Shown here: positions 46,637-59,785 of the stretch, piece after piece
How positions within the stretch are numbered: position 1 is the first letter of the stretch
How the letters are laid out: each line of letters begins with the position of its first letter
From: Octopus vulgaris
Taxonomy: Eukaryota
Assembly: GCA_951406725.2 (NCBI GenBank)
Contig: OX597815.1
Coordinates: forward strand, 35,836,001-35,900,000
Direction of reading: 5' to 3'
Length of the DNA stretch: 64,000 nucleotides
Notes under the pieces: model-generated
Told to the model about the DNA's origin: nothing
Databases searched by the model: none
Seen by the model: only the letters and a program-made list of their open reading frames with translations
Translations under genes and position numbers: made by a program

Positions 46637-47526
46637 CGAGATGGTATCAAAAAGTTCCGGGACTAGTTCTGTAGCATGCCAACAGATAATAGCACACAGT
46701 TGGATATACAGTGTGAGTTGACAGTAACCCTCATGAGGCAGTGTGCCAAGTGACATCAATGTGTTTACTTTGCGAATTATGAAATTTGTGTTTTTGTGAT
46801 CACATGTATGCTGTAGTCAGCGATTTTGTCATGGTCAGGAAGTTGGAACAAAGAACCAACATGAAATTTTGTGTTAGACTTGGGAAGTCTGCTACAGAGA
46901 CATTGAGCATGCTTTGGTAAGCTTACAGCAATGAGGCAATGTTTTGAGTGACATAGGTGCTTCAAAAGCAGAAGACCATCCCTGGAAGACCTACCATGAA
47001 CATCAACTCTGGAAATGTGAGGAAAATTCATCAGCTTGTGCATGAGGCTCATTGAAGAGCAATCAATGACATTGCTGATGTGAGAGGAAAGACATTCATC
47101 GAAAGTGGATCATGAAGAATTGGATCTGTGGACCATGAAGAATTGGATGATTCATGACACCCTGTCATCAAGCTCTCCTCAATCGTGAGTTTCTCACCAA
47201 AAACAACATGGTATCGCTTCCACACCCACCCTATTCACCAGATTTAGCACCTGTGGACTTCCATCGCTTCCCCAATATGAAAATGCAGCTCAAAGGTTGC
47301 CATTTTAATACTATTGCCAAGATCCAGAGTGAATTGCTGAAGGTCTTCAATTTGCTTGTGTAAAACGACTTCCAGGTCAGATTCCAAAAGTGGCAGGAAC
47401 GTAGGGACCAGTGTATTGCTGTGCTAGGTGAATATTTCAAAAGAGATGATGTTAAAACTTTGGTAAATAAGCTATTTTTTTTTTTATCAAACATAACTAA
47501 TCTGAATACTCATTGATACCACCTTG
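46637..47526 (+). mobile_element. Mariner transposon, degenerate
   Basis: TIRs C(G/A)AG(A/G)TGGTATCAA; TA flanks; EQRTNMKFCVRLGKSATET and HPPYSPDLAPVDF. Confidence 0.9.
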
Positions 47527-48309
47527 TAAGTATGGTCAATCTACCATACAAATTTTAGAGTCTGAATAGTGATACCACTGTAAAAAAAATAAATAAATAA
47601 ATAAATAAAGCAAAGAGATTTTAGACTTTTGTATGAAATGCTCAATTTATCGAAAATAATACAATTAGGGTGAACAATATTTTCATTTTGAGAAATATGT
47701 CTTTTGAGTAATCACCGTTTTACTCAAGGAACAATGTCTAAAATGAAATAACAAAAATTGAAAAAAAAAAACATACAAATATTAATTAATTAATAATAAT
47801 GATTTTCTTTTTTTTTTTTTTTGACTAGGTACAAGGCCAATTTTTAAAAAGGGTTGGGTAAAGTCAGTTGAATTGATATAGCATATTACTGGTACTTATT
47901 TTATCAATCCTGTGAGAATAAAAGGCCAAGTCAGCCTCAGAACTGAGAGAAATGAAACTAAATGCAGTAAAACATGAAATCTGGTTCTACTTCCTCAGTC
48001 TTCGCCATTGCTCTAATATTATTAATGATAATGACAACAAAAATAGTGATATATTTGGCGAGGGAATATACAAGGCTTGGTTGTCACCGGATAAAAAAAC
48101 CACATACTAAAATACTAAAATAGCCTGCCTACTATGTCACCACAGCTTTGTCACAATATATTAAACAATTGTCCAACAGCCTAGATATGGTATGCTAACA
48201 TATCCATCACCACACATTCAAAGATGTCCCACCTGTACACAGAGCACTGTCCACTCCACACTACCAGTCACTCTACATGCTACTAGCCCTTGCACTACAC
48301 ACCAACACA

Positions 48310-48352
<43 letters not shown>

Positions 48353-51019
48353 CCCCTCTCTCTCTGCTACATACAAATGTATACTTTATATTTACAGTAG
48401 AATGTCTTTCAACTGTTAATCACTGCAACTGTGGAGTTGATGTGATTAGATTGTGTCTGTCAGCAGACTGAAACCAGCAGTTAGGTGACCTTCTCAGGGT
48501 CACATGTTGGCTATCATGTGGTTTGAACTTGGGATCATGTAGTCAGTTGTCCAGTACTCACAACCTTAGAGTTTCTTGTATATATGCAAGATAATTTCAA
48601 TTCCGGAAGAAAATATATGAAAACTATATTTCCACTTCTATAAAAGATGATTTTCATTAACATTCAATGGATATGTAATGATGGTACATAGAGGATATGA
48701 TGAGCTGAAGTATGGAAAAATATGAATATTACAATTGCAGATCATAATCTAGCTAGCATAATACTGTTATCAGAAATATTGATATCATCTGCAATCAAAT
48801 ATTACATGGTTTTCAAATACACCAACATGCACACACACACACACACATTTGAATACAGAAGTAATATCTGTTCTTATTTGCCTTTGAGATATATATATAT
48901 ATATATATAGATGACTGCATAAATAGCTCTTCTCATTTCTTTCCTTCTCATGATTTCAATCACATAAAATATTTATTAGTGGTTATTTCTGATTATGAAA
49001 ATTAAGCAATTGACTTGATTTACCATACTATTTTGAGATGTAAATAAATATATATCTTCTTAAATGCAAATGTTTAAATAAGAGATGTAGCAGCATGAAT
49101 TGCTAAGACTTCAGGCTGCCAATTGAATTGTTGATGATTCGTGTAGTATCACAAATGGCCCAGTCCTAGCAGTAAATAAGCAATAGAGAGAAGGTAAGGT
49201 TAGCTGTATAAATAAAGGGGACATAACTGACATGTAGTTTATTGACTTGCAGTAACATCTTACTATTAGCATTGAAGACTGGGCATTTGGAATTATTTGT
49301 CCAGCATTTCTGGAAATAATGTCTATCAGTTTCCCGTGAGCTTTCCTTTAACTGTATCTGGGCTTCAAAAGGTAAGTATGAATTACTTATTTGTTTGTTT
49401 AATGACAGAATATGAAGAAGGCAAGTGTGAGAAATCAACAATCTCAACTATTGATTAAAAGTATTTTGTTCAAATCCTGCTATGGATATAGCTTGGAGAA
49501 TGATTGGCTTTACCAAACCTGTTGAATTAGAAGCCTCCTAATATTATGTTGATGCATGTGTGTGTGTTACCTGAGTATGAGATTATGCCGTTGCCATTTC
49601 TAAGGTGTGAGGTATGATAAAATGATCTGGATTAGAGATGGTTTGAAGTGTGTTGAGATTCTTGAGTGATATGTTCTTGAGATTCTTTAAATAAATATAA
49701 ACATATGTAAACACACACGCAGCATCTTACAATGGTTGTGTAACTTTACATATGTCTCTATTATTAAATTATGTCAAACGTAGAATTAACCTTCATATTC
49801 ACCTATAAACATCCATACATGGTTTTATATACATAATGTATACACACACAACATAAATACAGTGTATTTTTGTTTGTTGTATAGAATATACATACGTTTT
49901 GTAATAATGTATTGCCATTGTCTATCAAAGCAGCAGCAAACTTTAATCAGAAGACCTAAAGCCTGCCTGCATCACCGATCCAATATAGGTAACTGATGGT
50001 ATTTCAATGGCACCAACTGTATTAACAATAAACATATTAAGCAGAATTAACCTTCAACAACTTAAAATCAGATGTAGTCCTTTCTGCATTGATTTTGTTT
50101 TCTTTTTTGATGCTAGGCTAAATAGTACATGAGCACAAACAACAGAATTGGTTTAAATGTGGCTGCCTATCACCAAATAGAAGCTTTTGAAGATGCTTTC
50201 AGTTCATCATTTTGATTTGCATATTTCAGAAGGTAATAGTTTTTGTCTGGAAATTTATAACAAAAGACATTTCCAAGCCATCTGTTACAATTTACAAAGT
50301 TTCCTTGTCTCTTTTGGAGTAAATTGGAAATCTAAAATCAGCTGGGCAATTCCATTTCCTGATGTCATTTCAAAGATCTGGAAGAAAGCAGAGAAAATCT
50401 ACAGTTATTTTGCACTTTGTAGGTTACAAAAGAAAATAAAGTGTTATTACTGATTAGGCTTGTAGTGTGTCAGAAAAACTATTCATGTTGTTGGGATTAT
50501 AACATATATATATAAGGATCATATTAATTATAATAGTCTTTCTATTTATAAAACTCTGCTAATAAGATTACATATTGCAATAATGACAAGGATTGATTTT
50601 TAAATATCTGAAATTATAGAGAGAAAGTAATAGTTGGGTTATGGCTATAAAAAATTCTATATTTTGTTGTTAATTTACTATACAAATTTGGGACAATATT
50701 TTTTTTAGTAATTCTATTATGTTTATTTGTATTAATATTATTCTAGGGGTGATTTAACTCTTCCAAGCACATGTAGGATAGTACTGGCCTATATGCACTA
50801 TTGTATGTAAGTGAGACAGCTACTACAAAGAAAGAGCAGTGACTAGCAACAACAATGAGGGTCATGGAACAAGCAATCAAACGAGACAGTAAAAATGTGG
50901 AGAAGTGGAGAAAAGAGCAAGAGAGAAAGAAATAATATGAGTAAAAGAGGAGAGTGTAATGAATAAAGACAGCTTTATGACAGAGAGGAGGAATAAGAGA
51001 TAATGTGATAAGTTAGGAG

Positions 51020-51412
51020 GTATAAAATTATTAACCATATTACTAACAATAACTCTGAGCACCTTTTCAAACTCCATCTGTCTAACACCCGTGGACATAT
51101 TTACAAAGTCAGAAAACAGCACAGCTCCCATGACTTTCAGAAACATTTTCTCACGCTAAGAGTTGCTGAAGCATGGAACAAACTGCTGGCATCAGTTGTT
51201 AGTTGTCGGAGCACTGCATCCTTCAAAACTTCCATGCTTCCTAAGATTCGCCAACACTACACCTGATTTTCTCCCCTCCATACACACGCAAGCATGTATC
51301 TGACTCAAACACTGTTCACATCCCAGACATTTGTACATTTCTGCATATGCTTTATATGCACTTTTGACAAGTTGTGGTGCACCTGAGCACTGTATACAAT
51401 AATTTCATTATA
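51020..51412 (+). mobile_element. CR1-clade LINE 3' end
   Basis: TRGHIYKVRKQHSSHDFQKHFLTLRVAEAWNKL..SVV....ASFK plus 3'UTR; second copy at 61801. Confidence 0.8.
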
Positions 51413-51702
51413 TTTTTTTTATCATAGAGAGTGAGCATATGATAGAGAAAGAGAAAAATATTTATGGATGATATCAGTGAGTATGGAGTAGACATTGGGA
51501 AATAATGTGGAGGTAGATTTTGCAATGATGAAGGAAATACATAAAGAGGAGGAAAGAAAGAAATAATTGAGTCAGTTTAATGCAGAAAAGTGAGTAGAGA
51601 AAAGAAAATGGAGCAAAGTTTGAAGTGGAAACATAAAAAATTACAGATAGATTGACATAAATCCCTGTAAGTTTTTATGGTTACAATGCTACTAATATGT
51701 AT

Positions 51703-52488
51703 GACATTATTTACATTCGACGGATATTTGTCCTCATCTTATTTGTTGTTAACATGACGTTTCCAGATATACCCTCCAGCCTCCTTCAGGTATCTTGGGG
51801 AAATCTTGAACCAGGGTTTCATTCCTAAGGTATTTTTCAATGTTATTATTATTGGAATCGAACTCGGAATCTTGGGGTTAGTAGCCCGCGCTCTTAACCA
51901 CTACACCATGTGCCTGTGGGCAATTATAGAGTGAATTTTAGGACTTATAAATCTAATATTTTTCTATCCTTCCTTAATACCATTTCCCATATGCTGCTCA
52001 TATCTGCACTCGGTCTGCTTAGGGGTTGGTTGTGTCCTAGCATATGAGCTGCTTCTTTTAGTTTTCGTATTTTCCAGTGGTGTTCTCTGTCTATTATTTT
52101 AACTTCATTCCACAGGGGTAGGTGGTCTCCATTTTTCCATACATGATCAGCTATACTCGATTTATCAATATCTCCTTGTGTCACAGCTTTGCAATGTTCT
52201 TCTACCCTTATTTTGAGGGGGCAGCATGTTTCACCTTTGTATAACCTACCACAGCTGCATGGGATGGAGTACACGCAGTCTTTGGTCATATTCTCTTCTG
52301 TTGGTAGTTTTACTCAAAGGAGATATTTGCGAAGTGTTGTATTACTCTTGAATACTGTCCTGATGTCATATGGGCCATATATCTTTTGTATCTTTTTGGA
52401 GAGGCCTTTCACATAGGGTAGACAGACTGTGGATAGTTTATTGTTCTCATCTTCTTTCTTCTTCATAATTGGAGTGGATAGTATGTCA
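51703..52488 (-). mobile_element. Penelope-like element 3' part: GIY-YIG endonuclease remnant, tRNA-like segment and hammerhead-like core
   Basis: CLPYVKGLSKKIQK; CVYSIPCSCGRLYKGET..LKIRVEEH..SSIADH..RKLKEAAH; tRNA-like 51854-51914; CTGAAGGA..GAAACGTC at 51755-51790. Confidence 0.85.
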
Positions 52489-53672
52489 CCTGATGTACCC
52501 AGTGTAAGCAATGGACGCATAAGAGGTGCAGCAACATCAAAGGAAGATTAACCAGGAAGATAGCTTTTGTGTGCAGCAGATGCACAGGGGCAATAAACTC
52601 CACAGATGCTCAGAAAACAGATTCCATCACACTCCAGGGGCAGAAACTAGAAGTAGTTGATAGCTTCCGTTAACTAGGTGACCAAGTTAGTAGTGGTGTT
52701 GGATGCTCAGAGAGTGTTACAACTAGAATAAGAATAGCTTGGGCAAAGTTTAGAAAGCTTCTACCCCCTACTGGTGACAAAGGGCCTCTCGCTCAGAGTG
52801 AAAGGTAGATTGTACGATGCATGTGTGCGAACTGCCATGCTTCACAGTAGTGAAACATGAGCCATAACTGCAGAGGACATGCGTAGGCTCGAAAGAAATG
52901 AAGCTAGCATGATCCGCTAGATGTGTAATGTCAGTGTGCACACACAAAAGAGTGTAAGCACCCTGAGACAAATGTTGGACATAAGAAGCATAGGGTGTGT
53001 CGTGCAAGAGAGGCGTTTGCACTGGTATGGTCATGTACTACGGATAGATGAGGAGAGATGCATGAAAAAGTGCCACTCCCAAACAGTTGAAGGAATCTGG
53101 GGTAGAGATAGACCCAGGTAGACATGGGATGAGGTGGTCAAGCATGACCTTTGAACATTGGGCCTCACAGTGGCAAAGACGAAAGACCGAGATCTCTGGA
53201 GATATGCTGTGACTGCGAAGACTCGACAAATAAAATGAGTTCACGGCTGTATCCTACATCAGTTTTGCATAACCAGCCCCAGCCCATTCAAAAGTACCTT
53301 GGATCGTAGGGCGACCTGCTGTGCTTCAGACCTATTGAGTCAAGTACATCAACATCAAAATGAAAATCAAATGGAAATTGTAGTTGTGGTACCCATGCCA
53401 GTTTGACGTAAAAAGCACCATCTGAACGTGGCTGATGCCAGCGCCGCCTTGACTGGCTTCTGTGCCAGTCGCACGTAAAAAGCACCAACTGACTGTGGCC
53501 GTTGCCAGCCTCCTATGTAAAAGCACCCAGTACACTCTCTAAAGTGGTTGCGTTTAGAAGGGCATCCAGCTATAGAAACCATGCCAAATCAGACAGGAGC
53601 CTGGTGCAACTCTCCTGCTTGTCAGCTCTAGTCAAACCGTCCAACTCATGGACAATGGCTGTTGATGATGAT
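52489..53672 (+). mobile_element. RTE-clade LINE, 5'-truncated, same family as 22645
   Basis: CTQCKQWTHKRCS..FVCSRC, WAKFRKLL, RRLHWYGHVLR, 3'UTR ending in gatgatgat. Confidence 0.88.
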
Positions 53673-54655
53673 ATTTATATTCTTGTATCAGACAATCAAA
53701 GCCAAGAGGTGAGTGTTTTGTATATTGTCATCAGTATTGCATTATGTCAAAAGCCAAAGTACTTCACTCACAACCTCTTTTCCTGTAACCATTAGTAGGA
53801 AGTATAGTTGATATGGTTCATCACTGTTAGCAGATGCAGCAAACTACTTGAAAATAGGGCTGTGGTTCAATTCTACCTGCAGAAAAAGACAAACCAACAA
53901 GTGAAACTATATGATCATTTGACTTGCTAAAAATATTAGTCAAATCTTCCTCAAATCACACCTTTTGAAAAAGTTAGGACACATTGGATATTGTATTCCT
54001 TGATATATGAGAAAAGATATTGATCATAGGTCTACTTGCTCACAGCTGGCCTGGGCTAAACAATTATTTTTCATAGGTCAGTTTTGTATCTGGGGTTAAA
54101 CTTTTCTAGATGTCTAAAATCCTCAGAGCCGGCATTCAATTCTGGCATCTATAGTAAGAAAGACATTAGAGAGAATTTCTACCTGTATACGAAGGTAAAG
54201 TATCATGAGTAAGTTTTCATGCCTGTGGAACTGAAGATCAGTATTACAAGCTGATGAAATAAATTCCTATCATTGCTAACTGTGGACCTATTAAGGATTA
54301 GATGAACTGAACTGATCTGTTAAACAGTTAAATATCTGGGCCATTTCATAATGCAACCATGTGGAATAAGTGAAATGGTTGAGCAGTGATCAAAATATAT
54401 TACTGGATCACCAGTAATTTACCATTAATCTTAGAATTTTTCACCATGAGTTTTCAGTTGTTCAGTCAACCTAACTATAGACACAGGCATGATTGTGTGG
54501 TAAAGAGCTTGCTTCCCAACCACATGGTTCCTGGTTCAGTCCCAATGCATGGTTTCTTGGTTAAGTGTCTTCTACTATAACCTCGGGTCAACCAAAATCT
54601 TGTGAGAGGATTTGGTTGATGGAAACTGTTAGAAAGTTATTAACATATTATTAAC

Positions 54656-54693
<38 letters not shown>

Positions 54694-56519
54694 CCCTGTG
54701 TCTGTGTTTGTCCCCAACTACCACCTAACATCTGGTGTTGGTGTTAGCAGTTTGACTAAAGAGACCTATAAAGTAAATACCAGGCTTAAAAAAAAAACAC
54801 AAAATATGTACTTGGATCGATTTGTTGAACTAAAATTAGGGCAGTACTCCAGCATGTCTACAATCTAATTACTGAAACAATCAAAAGATAAAAGATATAC
54901 TCAAGTGATTCAGTTATGCCACAGTGGTGAAACTACTGTGTTTAGTGTTCTACTTTCAACAAAGCCTTAAGTAGACAGTGTGAAATTGTGTGTGACAAAT
55001 ATGTATTTTTTTTAATTAATAACACAAACCATCCAACTGGCTTCCACACTGTTTCTGCCTACACAATTTCATTTAGAAAGTTCTGGTTGAACTAAGGCTA
55101 CATGGCTCGATATGCCATGTAGTGAAATCAAACCTGAGATGTAAGGCAAACTTAACCATTCATCCATGGAGCATTTACATACAGCACTTAGATTAACTAT
55201 GCATGCATGTGCATGCACACATACACGTTTAAAACATCTGATCGTTTAATCTATTTATAAAAACATTGTCGCTACATCAAACAACATGATACTACATATA
55301 CTATGTACTGGCTAAACTCTATATTTTGTACTTGATATACTGTGTGTGTGTTTGTGTGTGTGTAGATGACAATGACGATGATGGTAGTCTCTCATTGTCT
55401 GACAAATACAGTTCTGAAATTTCTTGCTGAACAACCTGCACAATTGATTTGTTTAAAGTGATCAAATGTATGTGCTGTATGTTAGCTCACACCTTCCATC
55501 AAATTGATGTTGACTAAACAGGTGCTCAGTACACCATATATCAGATGTCAAAGTGATAAGAGAGCAACATGAGATGAAGTGTTTTGCTCAAGAACATAAC
55601 ACACCACCAGGTCCAGGAATTGAATCCATGACCCCATGACCGTGAGTGCAACACCCTAACTACTAGGTAATGTGCCCTCTGCATGCATACATACATACAT
55701 ATATATGTACAGGTGTGGTTGTGAGGTTAAGAAATTTGCTTCCCAATTACATGAATTCAAGTTCAATCCCACTGCATGGCACTTAGAGCAAATGTCTTCT
55801 ACTATAGTTCCAGGTTGACCAAAGCCATATGTGTGGATTTGGTAGATAGAAACTGAAGGAAGCTTGTATATAAATGTGTGTGATTGTCTCTCCTTGTCTT
55901 GACATTGTATAATAATGGTGAATGTCACTGTCATACAAGCAGTGTAATTCATTTCCAGTCTTCCATGAAAATGTGTCTAACAAAGGAGAAATATTACCTT
56001 ACTTGAAAACTGGTGAGGATTGGTGACAGGAAGGGCATCCAGCTGTAGAAATCTCTGCTTCAACAAATTCCATCAAACCCAAGCATGGAAAAGTAGTTAT
56101 CATCATCAACAAGAACTGAGCTAGTGTAGTGATTGGGGAGAGACAAATTCACATTACTCAGAACATACAGTTGTTCAACTGAACCATCACTTTGACCAAC
56201 TTAGTTTTTCATCTCCATCCAACTAATAAACACTAGTTATAGTTTGACGGTTATAGAGTTGAATGATTGGTACGTGTTTCTCAATTGTTTCTTATGGAAA
56301 CTGCTGGATTTCTTGTGAAAACTCATTTCTACATACCAACTAGGTCAGACAGTGTTTAGGTGTTAGTCTAAGTTAATCCAGTATCAAACAAACAGGTAAC
56401 TAACCTTCACTGCACTGATTAAATTTTTGTCCCACAAGCTGGTGATGTAATATGCTAATCATATGCAAATCGGTTCTTGCAACTCTTTCTAATGGTCAGT
56501 AAAAATAATGTGTATACTA

Positions 56520-56868
56520 TGTCATTGCCAGAGCGGCTATCTGGCCTCCGTGCTGGTGGCACGTAAAAGACACCATTCAAGCATGATCGTTACCAGCATC
56601 GCCTTACTGGCACCTGTGCCGGTAGCATATGTAAAAGATTCGAGCGAGGTTGTTGCCAGTACCGCCTGACTGGCCCTGTGCCGGTGGCACGTAAAAGCAC
56701 CCACTACACTCTCTCAGTGGTTGGTGTTAGGTAGGGCATCCAGCTGTAGAAACTCTGCCATATCAAGATTGCAGCCTGGTGCAGCCATCTGGTTCGCCAG
56801 CCCTCAATCAAAATCGTCCAACCCATGCTAGCATGGAAAGCGGACGTTAAACAATGATGATGATGATA
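56520..56868 (+). mobile_element. RTE 3'UTR-derived element with internal subrepeats and (GAT)n tail
   Basis: GTGGCACGTAAAAGCACC repeats; CATGCTAGCATGGAAAGCGGACGTTAAA-(GAT)n. Confidence 0.75.
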
Positions 56869-57657
56869 ATATGTCGAAAGAAATGTGGAAAATTCCAGAA
56901 AGTACCCCACTATCAAAAAAAGGGTTAACTTGGTTCCTGTGCACAAGGGTTCAAAGTCATACATGGCTGTGTCAATCAGGCATTAGGCAACTAACTGAAG
57001 GATGTGGTGTGTTTTTCTACCTTTTAGTTATAGGAGACATATCATCTGATGCCAGGTGGTCAACAAATTTCACTCTCAAATGACTCAGTATAACTTATTG
57101 AAAATAGGTTCTACAAGGTAAGAACAGTTCAATATTTGTAAGTAGCAGTAGCACTGTTAAATTGCTGAATGTTTCATAGGTTTCCAGAATGTAATTTAAA
57201 TTATCCTGTGAGTGTAGCATAGAGAGTGATAATCTTCATCAAACTAACTGACTGGCTCAAAATAATCTCTATCATGGGAAAGACTCCAGTTTTACTCCTA
57301 GGAGGTATGGATCATACTCTCTGGTAATTGATATTTAATGATATCCTGCTGAAATGAACTTTGCCTTCAAGAGACAATAAAGTGGCAATCAAGCACTGGA
57401 GTTAGTTTAATCAACGACACCTTCTGCAAAATTTATGGCCTCGTACCAATGTTAAAAGTTAATAAATTTAATGATAATCACCAAAATTGAAAGAGATTAG
57501 TGATGGTTTACAGGGACATGGATCAAGTTAGTAAATGTATATAACATGATGGTAATGAATCTAAGATTATGAGGCAACTAATACAATATTATAAAGGTAT
57601 CTAAACTGATTGCCCAAACTTTGAAATTAAAATTCCTACCTAGATGAATAATATTTT

Positions 57658-57888
57658 AGCGAGGTCGTTGCCAGTACCACCTGACTGGCCCCCGTGCCAG
57701 TGGCACGTAAAAGCACCCACTACACTCTCGGAGTGGTTGGCGTTAGGAAGGGCATCCAGCCGTAGAAACTCTGCCAGATCAAGATTGAAACCTGGTGCAG
57801 CCATCTGGTTCGCCAGCCCTCAGTCAAATCGTCCAACTCATGCTAGCATGGAAAGCGGACGTTAAACAATGATGATGATGATGATGAT
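57658..57888 (+). mobile_element. RTE 3'UTR-derived element
   Basis: Near-identical to 56643-56868. Confidence 0.78.
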
Positions 57889-58220
57889 CTTTAAGAAGGA
57901 TACAGAAAACTAGCCTGAATTATTCATGCTTCTTTTTATTGCAATATACTACAAAGGTAAAAATAGCATTTGAGTCACTAAAGATATCACAAGAAACAGC
58001 ACAGGCTTACATATGACTTGCTGGAGTAAAATAATTGCTATGCTTCGTTTCTAGAGAATTAAATAGGATACAAATATTATTGAAGTCAAATACATGTCCA
58101 GATATTATGTGTAGGATTTACTTGTAGAGGGTTTAGATAAGAGCTAGATATGGTCGTTATAAATAAAATATTGTCTGTGGATCTGATATCACATGAAAGG
58201 ATCTGAACAATTTGCTAATA

Positions 58221-58640
58221 GGTGCTGGAGTGGCTGTGTGGTAAGTAGCTTGCTTACCAACCACATGGTTCTGGGTTCAGTCCCACTGTGTGGCACCTTG
58301 GGCAAATGTCTTCTACTATAGCCTCGGGCTGACCAAAGCCTTATGAGTGGATTTGGTAGACGGAAACTGAAAGAAGCCCGTCGTATATATGTATATATAT
58401 ATATGTGTGTGTGTATATATGTTTGTGTGTCTGTGTTTGTTCCCCCAACATCACTCGACAACTGATGCTGGTGTGTTTACATCCCCGTAACTTAGCGGTT
58501 CGGCAAAGGAGACCGATAGAATAAGTACTAGGCTTACAAAGAATAAGTCCTGGGGTCGATTTGCTCGACTAAAGGCGGTGCTCCAGTATGGCCACAGTCA
58601 AATGAATGAAACAAGTAAAAGAGAGTAAAAGAGAAAGAGA
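58221..58640 (+). mobile_element. SINE family A, full length
   Basis: Near-identical to 36100-36488. Confidence 0.85.
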
Positions 58641-59322
58641 GGTTAATACAAATTAAACATTGCTTGTAAATGCCAGCTATATACAGGTGGTACACCTAGG
58701 GATCAAATAAGTAGTTTTATTAATAGTTGAATGTTTTCTTAGATTTTTCACAACCACAGGCTAGTGTACATGCAATGAAACACTCCTATGTACACAAACC
58801 TTTGAAGCAGTTGACAATGTTGTTATGCTGGTCCTCAGATAACACCTGCAAATTAACTAATTAGGATAACAACTCATGTATTCCACTAAGTATTACTTAA
58901 TTACCTCATGGTTTTATTAAGCCCATTAATACTTTCTGTACTAACTTTTGTTTAGTCTTTAATAGTCATTCTATTGATTACACAAAAGATATATGGCAGG
59001 AGTGGAGAGGCTGAACAGAAGTGGAAGGGCAGCATCCATACCTATCGACAGGCCTTGAGACTGATGATAAAATAGAAAGAACCATGTTGCTGCAGTAGGA
59101 AGCAACATATAAAGGTATTTAGTTATCCTCAGACCAAACACTGAAAGGTCTGAATGTTTGCTAAAACTACTCAATGGGTGTTAAACTGGGTGATAAACTA
59201 AGTCAATCATTCTATCTCATTCATACTCTTTGTTTCTATCCCAGATCCCTTTTATAAGACATTATGAGTAAATGTGACCAAACCATTGTCCTTTCATCTT
59301 AATGACATTTAGTTGGTACCTT

Positions 59323-59785
59323 ATCATCATCATCATCGTTTAATGTCTGCTTTCCATGCTAGCATGGATTGGACGATTTGACTGAGGACTGGTGAACCAG
59401 ATGGTTGCAACAGGCTCCAATCTGATCTGGCAAAGTTTCTACAGCTGGATGCCCTTCCTAATGCCAACCACTCCGAGAGTGTAGTGGGTGCTTTTACGTA
59501 CCACCAGCATGGGAGCCAGTCAGGCGGTACTGACAATGACCTCACTCGAATGTTTTTACACGTGCCACCGGCACAGGGGCCAGTAAGGCGATGCTGGTAA
59601 CGATCACGCTTGAATGGTGCCTTTTACATGCCACCGGCATGGAAGCCAGTTAGCCGCTCTGGCAACGATCACACTCGGATGGTGCTCTTAACACCCTACT
59701 AGCACAGGGCACAAGTGCCAGTAAGGCGATGCTGGTAATGATCACACTCGAATGGTGCCTTTTATGTGCCACTGACACAGAACGG
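59323..59785 (-). mobile_element. RTE 3'UTR-derived element, inverted
   Basis: (ATC)n-GTTTAATGTCTGCTTTCCATGCTAGCATGG... with subrepeats. Confidence 0.78.

Noticed and set aside
51854-51914. Functional tRNA gene (anticodon ACT)
   Set aside because: Acceptor and T stems do not close; embedded in a Penelope element; treated as a tRNA-derived segment.
56450-56472. Adjacent octamer-like motifs ATGCTAAT / ATGCAAAT
   Set aside because: No recognisable snRNA or exon nearby; could be chance.
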